Notes under the pieces: model-generated
Told to the model about the DNA's origin: nothing
The model's input: only the letters and a program-made list of their open reading frames with translations
The model's database searches: none
In this document: positions 19,895 to 28,680 of the stretch, one piece after another
Layout of the letters: each line of letters starts with the position of its first letter
Position numbering within the stretch: position 1 is the stretch's first letter
DNA from: a virus
Length of the DNA: 64,000 nt
Virus record (IMG/VR): IMGVR_UViG_3300016469_000277
Span: 44,308-108,307 of that record
Strand: one strand, 5' to 3'
Position numbers and translations under genes: made by a program

Positions 19895-21560
19895 TGCTTT
19901 CTTCGGTTTTAATTGTTGTTTGTGTGATTTCGTTTTCTTTGATTTTGTTTTCTTCTTCTTGCGCTTCCTCATTTTCCTTAAGTTCCTTATCTTCCAAATA
20001 ATTTTGATACTTGTCGCTGTCTACATGATAATACTCACCTAGTTCGTTTACATAAACTATATCATCATGGTCTTCTTTGTTGTACCATTTTCCTCTAAAT
20101 TCGATACAATCTTCTTCAATTTTGTCATCTAGATACCAGTTACCTTGTACATCTTCAATACAATCGTCTACTAGGGCGTATTCTCCGTCATAAAGTTCTA
20201 CACAATCGTCAGCATAATAATACCCATGTACATAACGGCAATACTGTGCATCATCATTGTGAACATACTCGTCGCTTTCTAACCAAGTACAACAATCATT
20301 ACAAAGACTTTCTCCACGGGATCTACCTCTGTCAATATAGTGAAGATCATCGTCATCTCTACGGTCTCCGCAACAATCACATTCTGATCCTTCGTGCATT
20401 GGGCCACCTTCTGCGTTTGTTAGTTCGTAATCATAACTACAAGAACCGTAATTACCTAAACCACTACCTAATACAAGATATTGAAAAGTATCCATATAAG
20501 GATAATATCTAAAATCAGTTTGGGCTAAGTTAATAAAATAACTAACATCCTTATAATCTCCGTCATAGACATTTTTATATCCTAGACTTTCTAACTTAGC
20601 TTGAAGAGTGATTCTTGTTGCCTCGTCTATGTAATAAACTCTGTCAAATAGTACATCGTCTTCGTGGTTCCAAACTAAAGCTCTAGCTGCAATTTGTCCT
20701 TCTTTCTTAAGAACTGCTAAAGAGATTTTATCTGGATTTTCTACATAAATATCTAGATACTCTTGACAATTAGAATAACGCATACAGCTTCCGTGAAGTG
20801 TGCCTCCACAACCATAATAATTACGATCATAATAAGCCCAGCGAATATCTTCTCCTTTAAGTTCTTCGTAAAGTAAATCACCTAAATCGCCACATTCTTT
20901 AAAGCTTTCTAGTTTGTAAAGTCCTACAAATTCATCTATTTGTTTGTCCGTAAAAGATTCTCCAAAAGCATTTAGAACTCTTCTGATTGCTTTACCTGCA
21001 GAACTATGATACCTTTTATTAGGGTCATAAAGTGCATTCTCTAAATTAGGAGTGTGTAATTCTTTAGTAATAGAATAATCGAGATACTTAAGAGCTTTAC
21101 TTACACGTATAAAAGAAGTAGTTCCAAACATACTTTGTGTTTGAAGATGAAATATTGTGTCAGTTTTTAGTAACGCATCTTCAAAACAATCGTATTCATC
21201 TAAATAAATAGGATCATCTGATATTTCTAAATCGCTGAAAATAAAATCCTTTTGAGAATAATTTGGATCATATTCAGTAGGAATATCACTATCTACGCTA
21301 TTTAGATGAGGAAATCCTTTTGGACTAAAGTTAAACTTAATAGAAGTAAGAACAGGTCTTGGTGCGTTTTGTTCTGAAATCCTTTTTATTCTTGAGTTAT
21401 CTAAATAACTAATAAAGATAGGATTACTCATACTAATGCTAAGATAGTTAATGTCTAGATTTTCGCTTTCTTGGTTTTCTAGTTCAAGAATTTTTCTAGC
21501 TATATCAGAATTGATTCTACCTAGTTTGTCCTTAAATAATTGGTTGAATGTCAGTATCAT
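19878..21560 (-). CDS. Conserved phage protein (GSCM, ARALVW, DRVY, YPYMDT) with Cys/acidic repeats
   Basis: Long ORF coupled to the peptidase; function unknown. Confidence 0.7.
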   Translation of the reverse strand: MILTFNQLFKDKLGRINSDIARKILELENQESENLDINYLSISMSNPIFISYLDNSRIKRISEQNAPRPVLTSIKFNFSPKGFPHLNSVDSDIPTEYDPNYSQKDFIFSDLEISDDPIYLDEYDCFEDALLKTDTIFHLQTQSMFGTTSFIRVSKALKYLDYSITKELHTPNLENALYDPNKRYHSSAGKAIRRVLNAFGESFTDKQIDEFVGLYKLESFKECGDLGDLLYEELKGEDIRWAYYDRNYYGCGGTLHGSCMRYSNCQEYLDIYVENPDKISLAVLKKEGQIAARALVWNHEDDVLFDRVYYIDEATRITLQAKLESLGYKNVYDGDYKDVSYFINLAQTDFRYYPYMDTFQYLVLGSGLGNYGSCSYDYELTNAEGGPMHEGSECDCCGDRRDDDDLHYIDRGRSRGESLCNDCCTWLESDEYVHNDDAQYCRYVHGYYYADDCVELYDGEYALVDDCIEDVQGNWYLDDKIEEDCIEFRGKWYNKEDHDDIVYVNELGEYYHVDSDKYQNYLEDKELKENEEAQEEENKIKENEITQTTIKTEESNAFLL

Positions 21561-22101
21561 GGTTTTCTTCGGTTGTAGTTTCTGTAATTACTTCTTCGAT
21601 TGGGGTTTCTTCTGAATACGGATTAATACCTATAACATCGCTTAAATCTGTTAATGGTATATATTCTACCTTTGGTGGTAAAGAATTTATCATAAAAGAG
21701 CCATCCGTAATAATAGAAAAATCAAGTTGTTTATCAAATAAGCCGTCAAACTTACCAAATCTTAAAGATTCTTCTGTTATTGCTTCTGAATTTGAATCTG
21801 CATTATCTAGACAGAATCTGTGAAGCTTTATAGCTCTATAAATTCTAGCAGCAGTTTGAACCTTTTCATCTACTTCAGAACTTGCTATGCCTATGTGGGT
21901 GTTTTCAGAATATCCCCAGAATTCTTTGTTGGCTTTTAGCGATTCTTTAAAATTCTCTCTAGATTCTTCCGGGATTAAATTCTGAAGAGGCTCGAAATCA
22001 TTCAAAACTTCTAACTCTACAAGTCCTAGTTTGTAATAAAGTTTAAGTGCATCCATGATTATTTCTTGGATATACTTGTCGCAAGTTATTTTACTGTTCA
22101 T
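21532..22101 (-). CDS. Hypothetical protein
   Basis: ORF tiling. Confidence 0.55.
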   Translation of the reverse strand: MNSKITCDKYIQEIIMDALKLYYKLGLVELEVLNDFEPLQNLIPEESRENFKESLKANKEFWGYSENTHIGIASSEVDEKVQTAARIYRAIKLHRFCLDNADSNSEAITEESLRFGKFDGLFDKQLDFSIITDGSFMINSLPPKVEYIPLTDLSDVIGINPYSEETPIEEVITETTTEENHDTDIQPII

Positions 22102-22498
22102 TTTTCTTGGTTTTTAATTCTTTAACTATTTTAATTAATCTATCAATAGCTGTTGTTTGTGCTTCTTCGTAATTATTATAATACCTTCGATTGTTATCAT
22201 CTAAAATATGAGGAAAGCCATCTATTTCACCTATTCTAAAAAAGAATTGTCCTTTACCACAAGCTATCTCGCAGTGTAAGTTATAGTTTTGTCTAAACCA
22301 GCGAAAAGCAGCTGAATAAGTAGGTGCATCAACAGCTTCTTGGACTAAACCAGGTTCACTGTTCTTAAAACAGGCTCCTAAATAAAACTTAACTTCTTGA
22401 TAGTCGTGGTATTTTCCGTAATAACCCAAGGATACTTCGTGGTATCCTAAATCCTTAAACTCTAAAGACTGGCTGTGAGATAAAAAATCTTTTAACAT
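22091..22498 (-). CDS. Hypothetical protein (APT.S.AFRWFR...YEEA family)
   Basis: ORF tiling. Confidence 0.6.
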   Translation of the reverse strand: MLKDFLSHSQSLEFKDLGYHEVSLGYYGKYHDYQEVKFYLGACFKNSEPGLVQEAVDAPTYSAAFRWFRQNYNLHCEIACGKGQFFFRIGEIDGFPHILDDNNRRYYNNYEEAQTTAIDRLIKIVKELKTKKNEQ

Positions 22499-22501
22499 AG
22501 T

Positions 22502-22726
22502 TTAAATCCAAGGATCTCTTTGTATTGTATAATCAGGATTAGCTCTTCTAATTATCATAAAGTGAAGATACCCATAAGGGCCTTCATACAAATCTCCTAT
22601 AAACTTTTCGTTTACAGTATACCATCTGTCTTCTGTGTAATCGTAGTACTCGTCTTGTTTGCGGATCATGTCTCCGTCTGTAAGCATAAAGTACTTAGGA
22701 TTAGGATTGTGAATATCTTTAATCAT
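22502..22726 (-). CDS. Hypothetical protein
   Basis: ORF tiling. Confidence 0.55.
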   Translation of the reverse strand: MIKDIHNPNPKYFMLTDGDMIRKQDEYYDYTEDRWYTVNEKFIGDLYEGPYGYLHFMIIRRANPDYTIQRDPWI

Positions 22727-22958
22727 TTTTCGTGAGATTATCTTTGCTCATTAAATCCCCTAATTGAATCATGTCTTCTTCGCTTAAAACTTGTTGGTTT
22801 TCAAGCAAAAGGTCTTCAGCTTCTTTTAGTTCGTCTTCTTGAGCTTTATCAATAATACTTTTAGGCAGTGGCCCCATAATCGTTTCGAATATGGGGTTTT
22901 GCCACTGCTCTATTTCCATATGTAGCTCTTCAGCCATTTGTTCCCAAGTTTGTTTCAT
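22719..22958 (-). CDS. Hypothetical acidic protein
   Basis: ORF tiling. Confidence 0.55.
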   Translation of the reverse strand: MKQTWEQMAEELHMEIEQWQNPIFETIMGPLPKSIIDKAQEDELKEAEDLLLENQQVLSEEDMIQLGDLMSKDNLTKND

Positions 22959-23533
22959 TTGTATTTTTGTCTTAGTTTTAATTCAATGTACCTTACTCCT
23001 TGTTCGTAAGCTTGTCTGTCTGCTCCGTGATAAGATTGAGGAATCCAACTGTAATAGTTTAATCCAGACTTAAGTTTATTTCTAGCTTGATAGGAGTTTA
23101 CCATAAAATCTACTGAATAAGTCCAATGTCTAAAAGAGATGTAACCTTCGTGGTCTTTAAATCCAAATAAATTGTTAACCTTAGCAGAACTATTAGGAGA
23201 GAAGTAACCAGACTCATAAAGTCCTTGTGCTGTAGTTTCGTAAGGATGCGTACAACCAATTAATTTAGTGTACTCGAAAAGATTTCTTTCGGTTAATTGA
23301 GAGTCACGAAACCCTACAACTTTAAGCTTTAAAGCCATAGTATCGTACATTTTAAGCATAAGGCTGTCTTCTGCTACATCTCTACACACTACAGGGTTAA
23401 TTGCCCTATAAGTAGTATGAACAGATAAAGCGAAGACAACCCCGCTTAAAAACCAAATCAATCTATTTTTCCACTTCCAGCTAGAGGTTACATCTTTAAT
23501 TTCTAAATTCTTTGATACTTTCTGTATTACCAT
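22955..23533 (-). CDS. GH73 glucosaminidase-like (lysozyme-fold) protein with N-terminal membrane segment
   Basis: AQGLYESG...NNLFGFK...F..W..SV; hydrophobic LIWFLSGVVFALSV. Confidence 0.7.
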   Translation of the reverse strand: MVIQKVSKNLEIKDVTSSWKWKNRLIWFLSGVVFALSVHTTYRAINPVVCRDVAEDSLMLKMYDTMALKLKVVGFRDSQLTERNLFEYTKLIGCTHPYETTAQGLYESGYFSPNSSAKVNNLFGFKDHEGYISFRHWTYSVDFMVNSYQARNKLKSGLNYYSWIPQSYHGADRQAYEQGVRYIELKLRQKYK

Positions 23534-23700
23534 AATTTTCTTTGATAGATTTTCTTAAATTAGAATGAAACTCGTTAAACTCGTCTGCTGGTATTTCTGT
23601 TGTAGGATTGATTCTTGCAAACCAATCTTCAAACCTTTCAGCTTCTTTAACTTCCGGCTCTTGAAACCAAGAGTTAATTCTGTTCATTAATGTTTTCATA

Positions 23701-23997
23701 TTATTGTGTAGGATCGTCCAAATCTCCATAACCATCATCTCCTGATTCGTAGTGAGGACCTTCTGAATCTTTGTTTACAGTAACCTCTTTACTGTAACTT
23801 TCAGGAAAGTACTCTTGGTACCAATCATCGAAACATCCATAAAGAAATCCTGTATTAGGGTGCGCTAAACGGCTAGACTCAAAGCAACTATCTAAGACTC
23901 TTTTTTCTTGATCTACTAAGACCGATTCTAAAAGAGGAAGAGTTTCTGCTTCTCCTTTTCTAATTACTTCCATTATTATTTGAACTGGTGTTTTCAT
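23701..23997 (-). CDS. Hypothetical protein (distant KTAV/KTPV family)
   Basis: ORF tiling. Confidence 0.55.
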   Translation of the reverse strand: MKTPVQIIMEVIRKGEAETLPLLESVLVDQEKRVLDSCFESSRLAHPNTGFLYGCFDDWYQEYFPESYSKEVTVNKDSEGPHYESGDDGYGDLDDPTQ

Positions 23998-23998
23998 G

Positions 23999-24220
23999 TT
24001 ATTCAGTTTGTGTTGTTAATACCCATTTAAGAATGTTTACTTGACTTGTTAGTTTTTTTAATTCACTATGTGCAGCATCTACTTCTCCGTAATCAGCTTG
24101 TCCCCAAAGTTTTTTGTCTTCACGATACCTCTCACAAGCAGATTTAGCCCAGTCTTTTACTCCTTCGAGTTCAAGTTCTAATTCTTCTAGTCTGTGTTCA
24201 ATTTCTTCTTGAGATTTCAT
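23999..24220 (-). CDS. Coiled-coil hypothetical protein
   Basis: ORF tiling. Confidence 0.55.
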   Translation of the reverse strand: MKSQEEIEHRLEELELELEGVKDWAKSACERYREDKKLWGQADYGEVDAAHSELKKLTSQVNILKWVLTTQTE

Positions 24221-24438
24221 TAGTTAATACAAATTGCGTTAGGTTTAAGTATCTCTGAATTAACAGGTTCTGGATAATTACTTTCTGGATCATCTACTGT
24301 GATTATTCCTGGAGTAAAGTTTACTTGATGATAGTGATTACCTTCATCGTCTGCTGAGTAAATTACAGGAAATTCTGCATATTCAGGATGTTTTTCTAAA
24401 AGTGTATTTAAGCACTTTGCGTAATGTTTTAGTGTCAT
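24220..24438 (-). CDS. Hypothetical protein (V.Y..DDEGN family)
   Basis: ORF tiling. Confidence 0.6.
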   Translation of the reverse strand: MTLKHYAKCLNTLLEKHPEYAEFPVIYSADDEGNHYHQVNFTPGIITVDDPESNYPEPVNSEILKPNAICIN

Positions 24439-24668
24439 TGTTTTGAATTTAGAAATTTTTGTAATAGTTCTTTTGTTGAGTAAATACCTGATTTATATAA
24501 CCAATCTCCATCATTTTTAAAATGAGCATTTTCTGCCACAAACTGAGCAAAGTCAATCATATCTTTTTCCGTAAAGTTTTTTTCTAAACAATCAGGATAA
24601 GTACAGTTATTGTTTAAACTGCAGCTTTCTCCTTCTTTTTTTATCCCGTTTTTAGAACAGGTTGTCAT
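24435..24668 (-). CDS. Hypothetical protein with Cys-rich N-terminus
   Basis: ORF tiling. Confidence 0.55.
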   Translation of the reverse strand: MTTCSKNGIKKEGESCSLNNNCTYPDCLEKNFTEKDMIDFAQFVAENAHFKNDGDWLYKSGIYSTKELLQKFLNSKQ

Positions 24669-24669
24669 T

Positions 24670-25023
24670 TTAATCTATCTTAAAGTGTAAACTTGCTTGT
24701 CTTATTCTGTCATCTTCTTCTTCCATTTCTATTATATCGACTAAAGAGATTGTATGTCCGTTTATAGTCATTGGGAAGAGTTTAGAGACAGTTTCGTAAC
24801 AATAATTATCAAATCCTCCATGTCTAAAGTAAAGATGCTCTAATCCGCTAGAAATGCCTGTATTGATATAGGGCATATCTGTATACTTTAGTTGTCTGTG
24901 TTCCTTAAAATAATTGTGGTCAGCTTCCATTTCGATACTTATGCCTTTATCTAGTAAGATTTTGGCTAATTCTTTAACAGTATCTAGTAGAGGGTCTGCG
25001 AGTATTTGTTCTTTGAATGTCAT
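24670..25023 (-). CDS. Hypothetical protein
   Basis: ORF tiling. Confidence 0.55.
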   Translation of the reverse strand: MTFKEQILADPLLDTVKELAKILLDKGISIEMEADHNYFKEHRQLKYTDMPYINTGISSGLEHLYFRHGGFDNYCYETVSKLFPMTINGHTISLVDIIEMEEEDDRIRQASLHFKID

Positions 25024-25472
25024 TTTGATTTTGATTTTCTTAATACGATTGAGACACGGGGCTGTTCTGCCTCAAAATAATGTTCCCATGTATATCTGAG
25101 ATCTTCAGACATAATCGCTAAAGAGTAACGAGGAACAAGAAACTCTTTTATTTCTCCGTCTTTTCTAAATTTAAGAACTCCGTCACTTAAAAGACTAATA
25201 ATATAAATAGCATTACCTCCGTCAGGTGCGTCTTTATGCCAGTCTATTCTTTGTCCTTCTTTATACTCATTGATTGTTACAGAGTCAAAAGTTAAATCAA
25301 ACTTAAATATTTCTGGAATATGATAAGATACATGATGAGTTCCATAAGGTCTTCTAGCTCCATACCTTATTATTTGATTTCTATCTTTACCTTTAGCTCT
25401 TTTAGAGGGAATTAAAGCCAAGACTTTTTCTTCAAAGTCCTGGTCTACATAATTTTCAATTACTTCTAACAT
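25020..25472 (-). CDS. AlkB-family 2OG-Fe(II) dioxygenase
   Basis: INEY..GQ.I.WHKD (HxD), ISL, SL..M...RY.WEH, R.SIVLR. Confidence 0.85.
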   Translation of the reverse strand: MLEVIENYVDQDFEEKVLALIPSKRAKGKDRNQIIRYGARRPYGTHHVSYHIPEIFKFDLTFDSVTINEYKEGQRIDWHKDAPDGGNAIYIISLLSDGVLKFRKDGEIKEFLVPRYSLAIMSEDLRYTWEHYFEAEQPRVSIVLRKSKSK

Positions 25473-25483
25473 AATATTTTAAT

Positions 25484-25557
25484 TTTTAACAAAGTGCAAG
25501 CGCAATTTTAAAATCAAACAATGGTAACAACTGCGCCTGCACGACTGTTAGCGGCAA
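25484..25557 (-). repeat. attC-like imperfect palindrome A
   Basis: Minus strand CGCTAAC...GTGCAGGCGCAGTT/AATTGCGCTTGCAC...GTTAAAA; 12 of 14 arm positions complementary. Confidence 0.6.
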
Positions 25558-25580
25558 TAAATTAAAATTGCCTACGCACA

Positions 25581-25733
25581 TCAACTACCTGCATCTCCAA
25601 GAAATTCATCCCCATAATCTCTTTGTGCCATAAATCGCTCAATTGCTTCATCGGTATTATCGAAAATATACCAAGCATCTTCACCGCAATCTCTTGCCCA
25701 ATCAATAAATTCTTCTAATAATTCTTTTTCCAT
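25581..25733 (-). CDS. 50-aa acidic cassette ORF (MEKELLEEFIDWARDCGEDAWY...DAGS), below the ORF-track cutoff
   Basis: Translated by hand; fills the space between two attC-like sites. Confidence 0.6.
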   Translation of the reverse strand: MEKELLEEFIDWARDCGEDAWYIFDNTDEAIERFMAQRDYGDEFLGDAGS

Positions 25734-25755
25734 CGCTCTAAATTTTAATTTACGT

Positions 25756-25853
25756 GCCTATAACAGCGGTTTAGCGCAATGCCGCTGGACAGGCACAGGT
25801 TTAATTTAAAGTTTATCAATGCGGCACTGCACCAAGCCGCAAAACGTTATGTA
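25756..25853 (-). repeat. attC-like imperfect palindrome B
   Basis: Minus strand ACATAAC...GCGGCTTGGTGCAGTGCCGC/GCGGCATTGCGCTAAACCGC...GTTATAG; 16 of 20 arm positions complementary. Confidence 0.65.
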
Positions 25854-25922
25854 AACCTACCCATTTACAATTTGTCAAAATTTGACAATTCATAAGTTGA
25901 CAATTTCTTTTTTTCATAGTTA

Positions 25923-25960
25923 AAATAAAAAGTTAGGAGGAGATTTCTCTCCCCCTAACT
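25923..25960 (-). terminator. Intrinsic terminator
   Basis: AGTTAGG..GAGA/TCTC..CCTAACT hairpin plus T tract. Confidence 0.65.
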
Positions 25961-25984
25961 AAAACCCTAAACAATAGTCCTTAA

Positions 25985-26512
25985 TTAGAATACTGAGTTA
26001 GCTGCAACAGGTGTAGCGGATTCTTTCAAATCTGCTGTCATATCCTTAAGAGGAATATGAGCTACTAGAATATCATCGCTGGTGCCGTCATTTGTTACTT
26101 GAACAAATTCTTGCTTGCGATAAATATTCTCTCCATCAGCAGTAACTAGTTCTACTCCGTCTTTTCCAGACTTCTTAATAGAAGCATAGTTTTCTTTAGC
26201 CCAAGCTTCGTCAGTAGATTCTACGATACGAATTCTAACAGGGAAAGGAAGAATTTCGCTAAGATTAATGTTAATCGGAGTTACATTCTCATAACCTTCT
26301 TTCAAGTTAGCAGTATCAATACCAATTGACTTAGCTACATCTTCTGTAAAAGATACAGTTACTACACGACGATTCTTTTGGCCCATCATAAAGCCAATAA
26401 GATTAGCTGCTTCGCCTTTTTGCTCCATCATTACACTGATAGGACGAGTGGTTGCATTAGGATTGATCCAAGCTGCAATAGCGATTACCGGATTTTCGTT
26501 TTTGATGTTCAT
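25985..26512 (-). CDS. Hypothetical protein (possibly nucleic-acid binding)
   Basis: ORF with its own terminator. Confidence 0.6.
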   Translation of the reverse strand: MNIKNENPVIAIAAWINPNATTRPISVMMEQKGEAANLIGFMMGQKNRRVVTVSFTEDVAKSIGIDTANLKEGYENVTPININLSEILPFPVRIRIVESTDEAWAKENYASIKKSGKDGVELVTADGENIYRKQEFVQVTNDGTSDDILVAHIPLKDMTADLKESATPVAANSVF

Positions 26513-26548
26513 TTTCTTTTTAATTTAATTTTGTTTAGTTTGATTAGT

Positions 26549-26776
26549 TTATATTATGTTTTGAATTGTAACAGGTTTGTTGTAATCCGTAAATATGTAA
26601 CCAGTCTTTGAAAAATCAGCAAAGTTTTCTGCTTCAAAATTCCATTGATTTTCTGTTAGAGGTAAACCATAGTTTTCTCTTACCATGTAAAAAATGTGAC
26701 CATTATCACTTTGCATTAATTTAGGGTAATCAACAGTTAGATTTACCCCTTCTTCTTTTTTAATTATTATTGCCAT
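26549..26776 (-). CDS. Hypothetical protein
   Basis: ORF tiling. Confidence 0.55.
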   Translation of the reverse strand: MAIIIKKEEGVNLTVDYPKLMQSDNGHIFYMVRENYGLPLTENQWNFEAENFADFSKTGYIFTDYNKPVTIQNII

Positions 26777-27135
26777 TACTTTCTTTTGATTGGTTTTCTT
26801 CTTTTTGAGTTAGTTGTTTTGGGTTTTTTCCGTAAAGTTGCTGTTGATTTCTTTTTAGGTAACTCTGGTCTTGTCTCTGGTGCATAATTAGGTTCTTCTT
26901 TAGGACAATCTCTAAAAATAGTAGATTTACCTGCTTTAATTCTGCACATCAAAGGGGCTACAATACAAATGTCAAAAATAAAAATAACTAAAGCTAAGCA
27001 AATAGCCGAAGTACAGATAAATTGCCAAACTCCTGTATTATCAAGAGAGGTGTTAAGAACATACCCTACACCTAGTAGAGTAGCGATTGTTGCGAGGATT
27101 CTAATTCCCCACATTAAGATGTTATTTGGTATCAT
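26776..27135 (-). CDS. Two-TM membrane protein with basic C-terminal tail
   Basis: Two hydrophobic segments and a Lys/Arg-rich tail. Confidence 0.6.
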   Translation of the reverse strand: MIPNNILMWGIRILATIATLLGVGYVLNTSLDNTGVWQFICTSAICLALVIFIFDICIVAPLMCRIKAGKSTIFRDCPKEEPNYAPETRPELPKKKSTATLRKKPKTTNSKRRKPIKRK

Positions 27136-27203
27136 TGTTTTTAATTAGGTTAAAGTTAAAGTTCCCCCTCAGCACTACCTGGTCGGGGGAACTATGAAAC
27201 GCA

Positions 27204-27599
27204 TTAGTAAGGAAGCCTCCCTGCAATTTGTTTAGTTAAATCATTATACTTTAGAAGTATACGATTCATCCACAACAGTTTTGCATCAGATTTAAACTCT
27301 TTGATGAAGTTTTCAATCTGTTTAGCTTCTTCGAATTTAGCTTCAAAGCCATCTTTGTCTCCTTTCATTATAAGCTCAAAAGCTTCTTTTTTAAGTTGAC
27401 TAATCTGACTTTCCAGCTTAGAGAATGTCTCCCGAAGATTAAGTTCAATTGTTTCTTCAAGAGTCTTTACGAACAAAGAGGTATGTTTTGGAAGAACATA
27501 CTCATCTTGTACTCTTACAGGCTTCTCTTTAGGAGGTGTGTAAGAGCCTACTTTTTCTGCTGAATACAGCTTTCCGTTTTGTCTGAATGTCTTTTTCAT
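27204..27599 (-). CDS. Coiled-coil hypothetical protein (likely start MKKTFRQ)
   Basis: The ORF-track 5' extension overlaps a tRNA-like element and is probably spurious. Confidence 0.6.
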   Translation of the reverse strand: MKKTFRQNGKLYSAEKVGSYTPPKEKPVRVQDEYVLPKHTSLFVKTLEETIELNLRETFSKLESQISQLKKEAFELIMKGDKDGFEAKFEEAKQIENFIKEFKSDAKLLWMNRILLKYNDLTKQIAGRLPY

Positions 27600-27618
27600 A
27601 GTGTTTTTAATTAGTTTG

Positions 27619-27725
27619 TGCGAGTGACAGGATTCGAACCTGTACGTAGGACCTACAATTAGATGATCGGCTATCCTACAGTAGTGATGATAATACTTGC
27701 GTCTAACCAATTCCGCCACACTCGC
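27619..27725 (-). ncRNA. tRNA-Leu-like RNA with non-canonical anticodon arm and enlarged variable arm (107 nt)
   Basis: Acceptor GCGAGTG/CACTCGC+A; D arm TGGCGGAATTGGTTAGACGC; T arm ACAGGTTCGAATCCTGT; anticodon stem AGTA/TACT with a 10-nt loop; variable stem GTAGGA/TCCTAC. Confidence 0.75.
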
Positions 27726-27807
27726 ATTTTTCTCCTTATAAACCCTTCCGGTGCACCGAACAAGAAACTGGGGAGAAGTTGTTTCTACTTTTAATTTTAA
27801 CTTAAGT

Positions 27808-28104
27808 TTAATCTGATTCTCTTCCTGAATAGATAATAGTATCTGAATAAATATCTAGCCAGTAGTCAATAAATCCGTCATGCTTTAGATAATAAACTCT
27901 GTCAAATTTAGGTTTCTTAAGACATAAAAGAATGTGAGAGTCTAATTTGAACACACAATGATTGATACAAGTATCGTGATCTAGAATGTGCGCTACAAAA
28001 GAAGAATCAAACTTTGTTAAAGGAGGAAAGTCCGAATGCACATTTAACTGTACATCCGGACTCTTACAAGCAAAAAATAGAGGGATAAGGATTAAAAGTC
28101 TCAT
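27808..28104 (-). CDS. Putative lipoprotein
   Basis: Short signal peptide with lipobox-like FFAC. Confidence 0.55.
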   Translation of the reverse strand: MRLLILIPLFFACKSPDVQLNVHSDFPPLTKFDSSFVAHILDHDTCINHCVFKLDSHILLCLKKPKFDRVYYLKHDGFIDYWLDIYSDTIIYSGRESD

Positions 28105-28451
28105 AATCCTAGCATTACTTCAACAACTTTTTTCTTTTCGTTACGATTAAGCTTTTTAATCATAGCCAAAATGATGTCTAGTTGTTGTTCTACTGACAAT
28201 TCTTGTTTAAGGTCTCTTCTTGCGTTCTTTTGATTTCCTAAAGTGGAAATTCCGCTAGAAGAAACTACAGTCATAACAGTTCCCTCATGTCTTAACTTAG
28301 AATAATAATAAGCTGAAATAGCCCCTACGGTTCTTTCAGGCATACTAACAGCTGCTTTCTCAAAAGCTGCTCTTAAATTGTTAGGATACTGCTTCACAGC
28401 AGACAAAACGATGTTCTGGTCTTCTCTAGACCAACTTAATCTAGTACTCAT
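28101..28451 (-). CDS. Myb/SANT-like HTH protein
   Basis: WS.ED...L......N...AF..AA....RT..A....Y pattern. Confidence 0.5.
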   Translation of the reverse strand: MSTRLSWSREDQNIVLSAVKQYPNNLRAAFEKAAVSMPERTVGAISAYYYSKLRHEGTVMTVVSSSGISTLGNQKNARRDLKQELSVEQQLDIILAMIKKLNRNEKKKVVEVMLGL

Positions 28452-28493
28452 AGTATTTTTTTCTTGGGTTTATTTTTTCTTGGTTTGTTTTAA

Positions 28494-28531
28494 TTAAAAA
28501 AATAAGGTAGTGAACTTAATCACTACCTTAT
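28494..28531 (-). terminator. Intrinsic terminator
   Basis: ATAAGGTAGTGA/TCACTACCTTAT hairpin plus T tract. Confidence 0.75.
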
Positions 28532-28680
28532 CATTGAAAATCACAGTACAATGTGATTTTTGTTGCTCTTTATTCTATTACCCTTTTATTTCAGAGCAAA
28601 CCTGCTTATCTATAGCGTCTCGCGTCCAAACGGTTATGGACCGTGGTGCCTTTATAAGATTTCAAGGGTACAGGTTTTTG

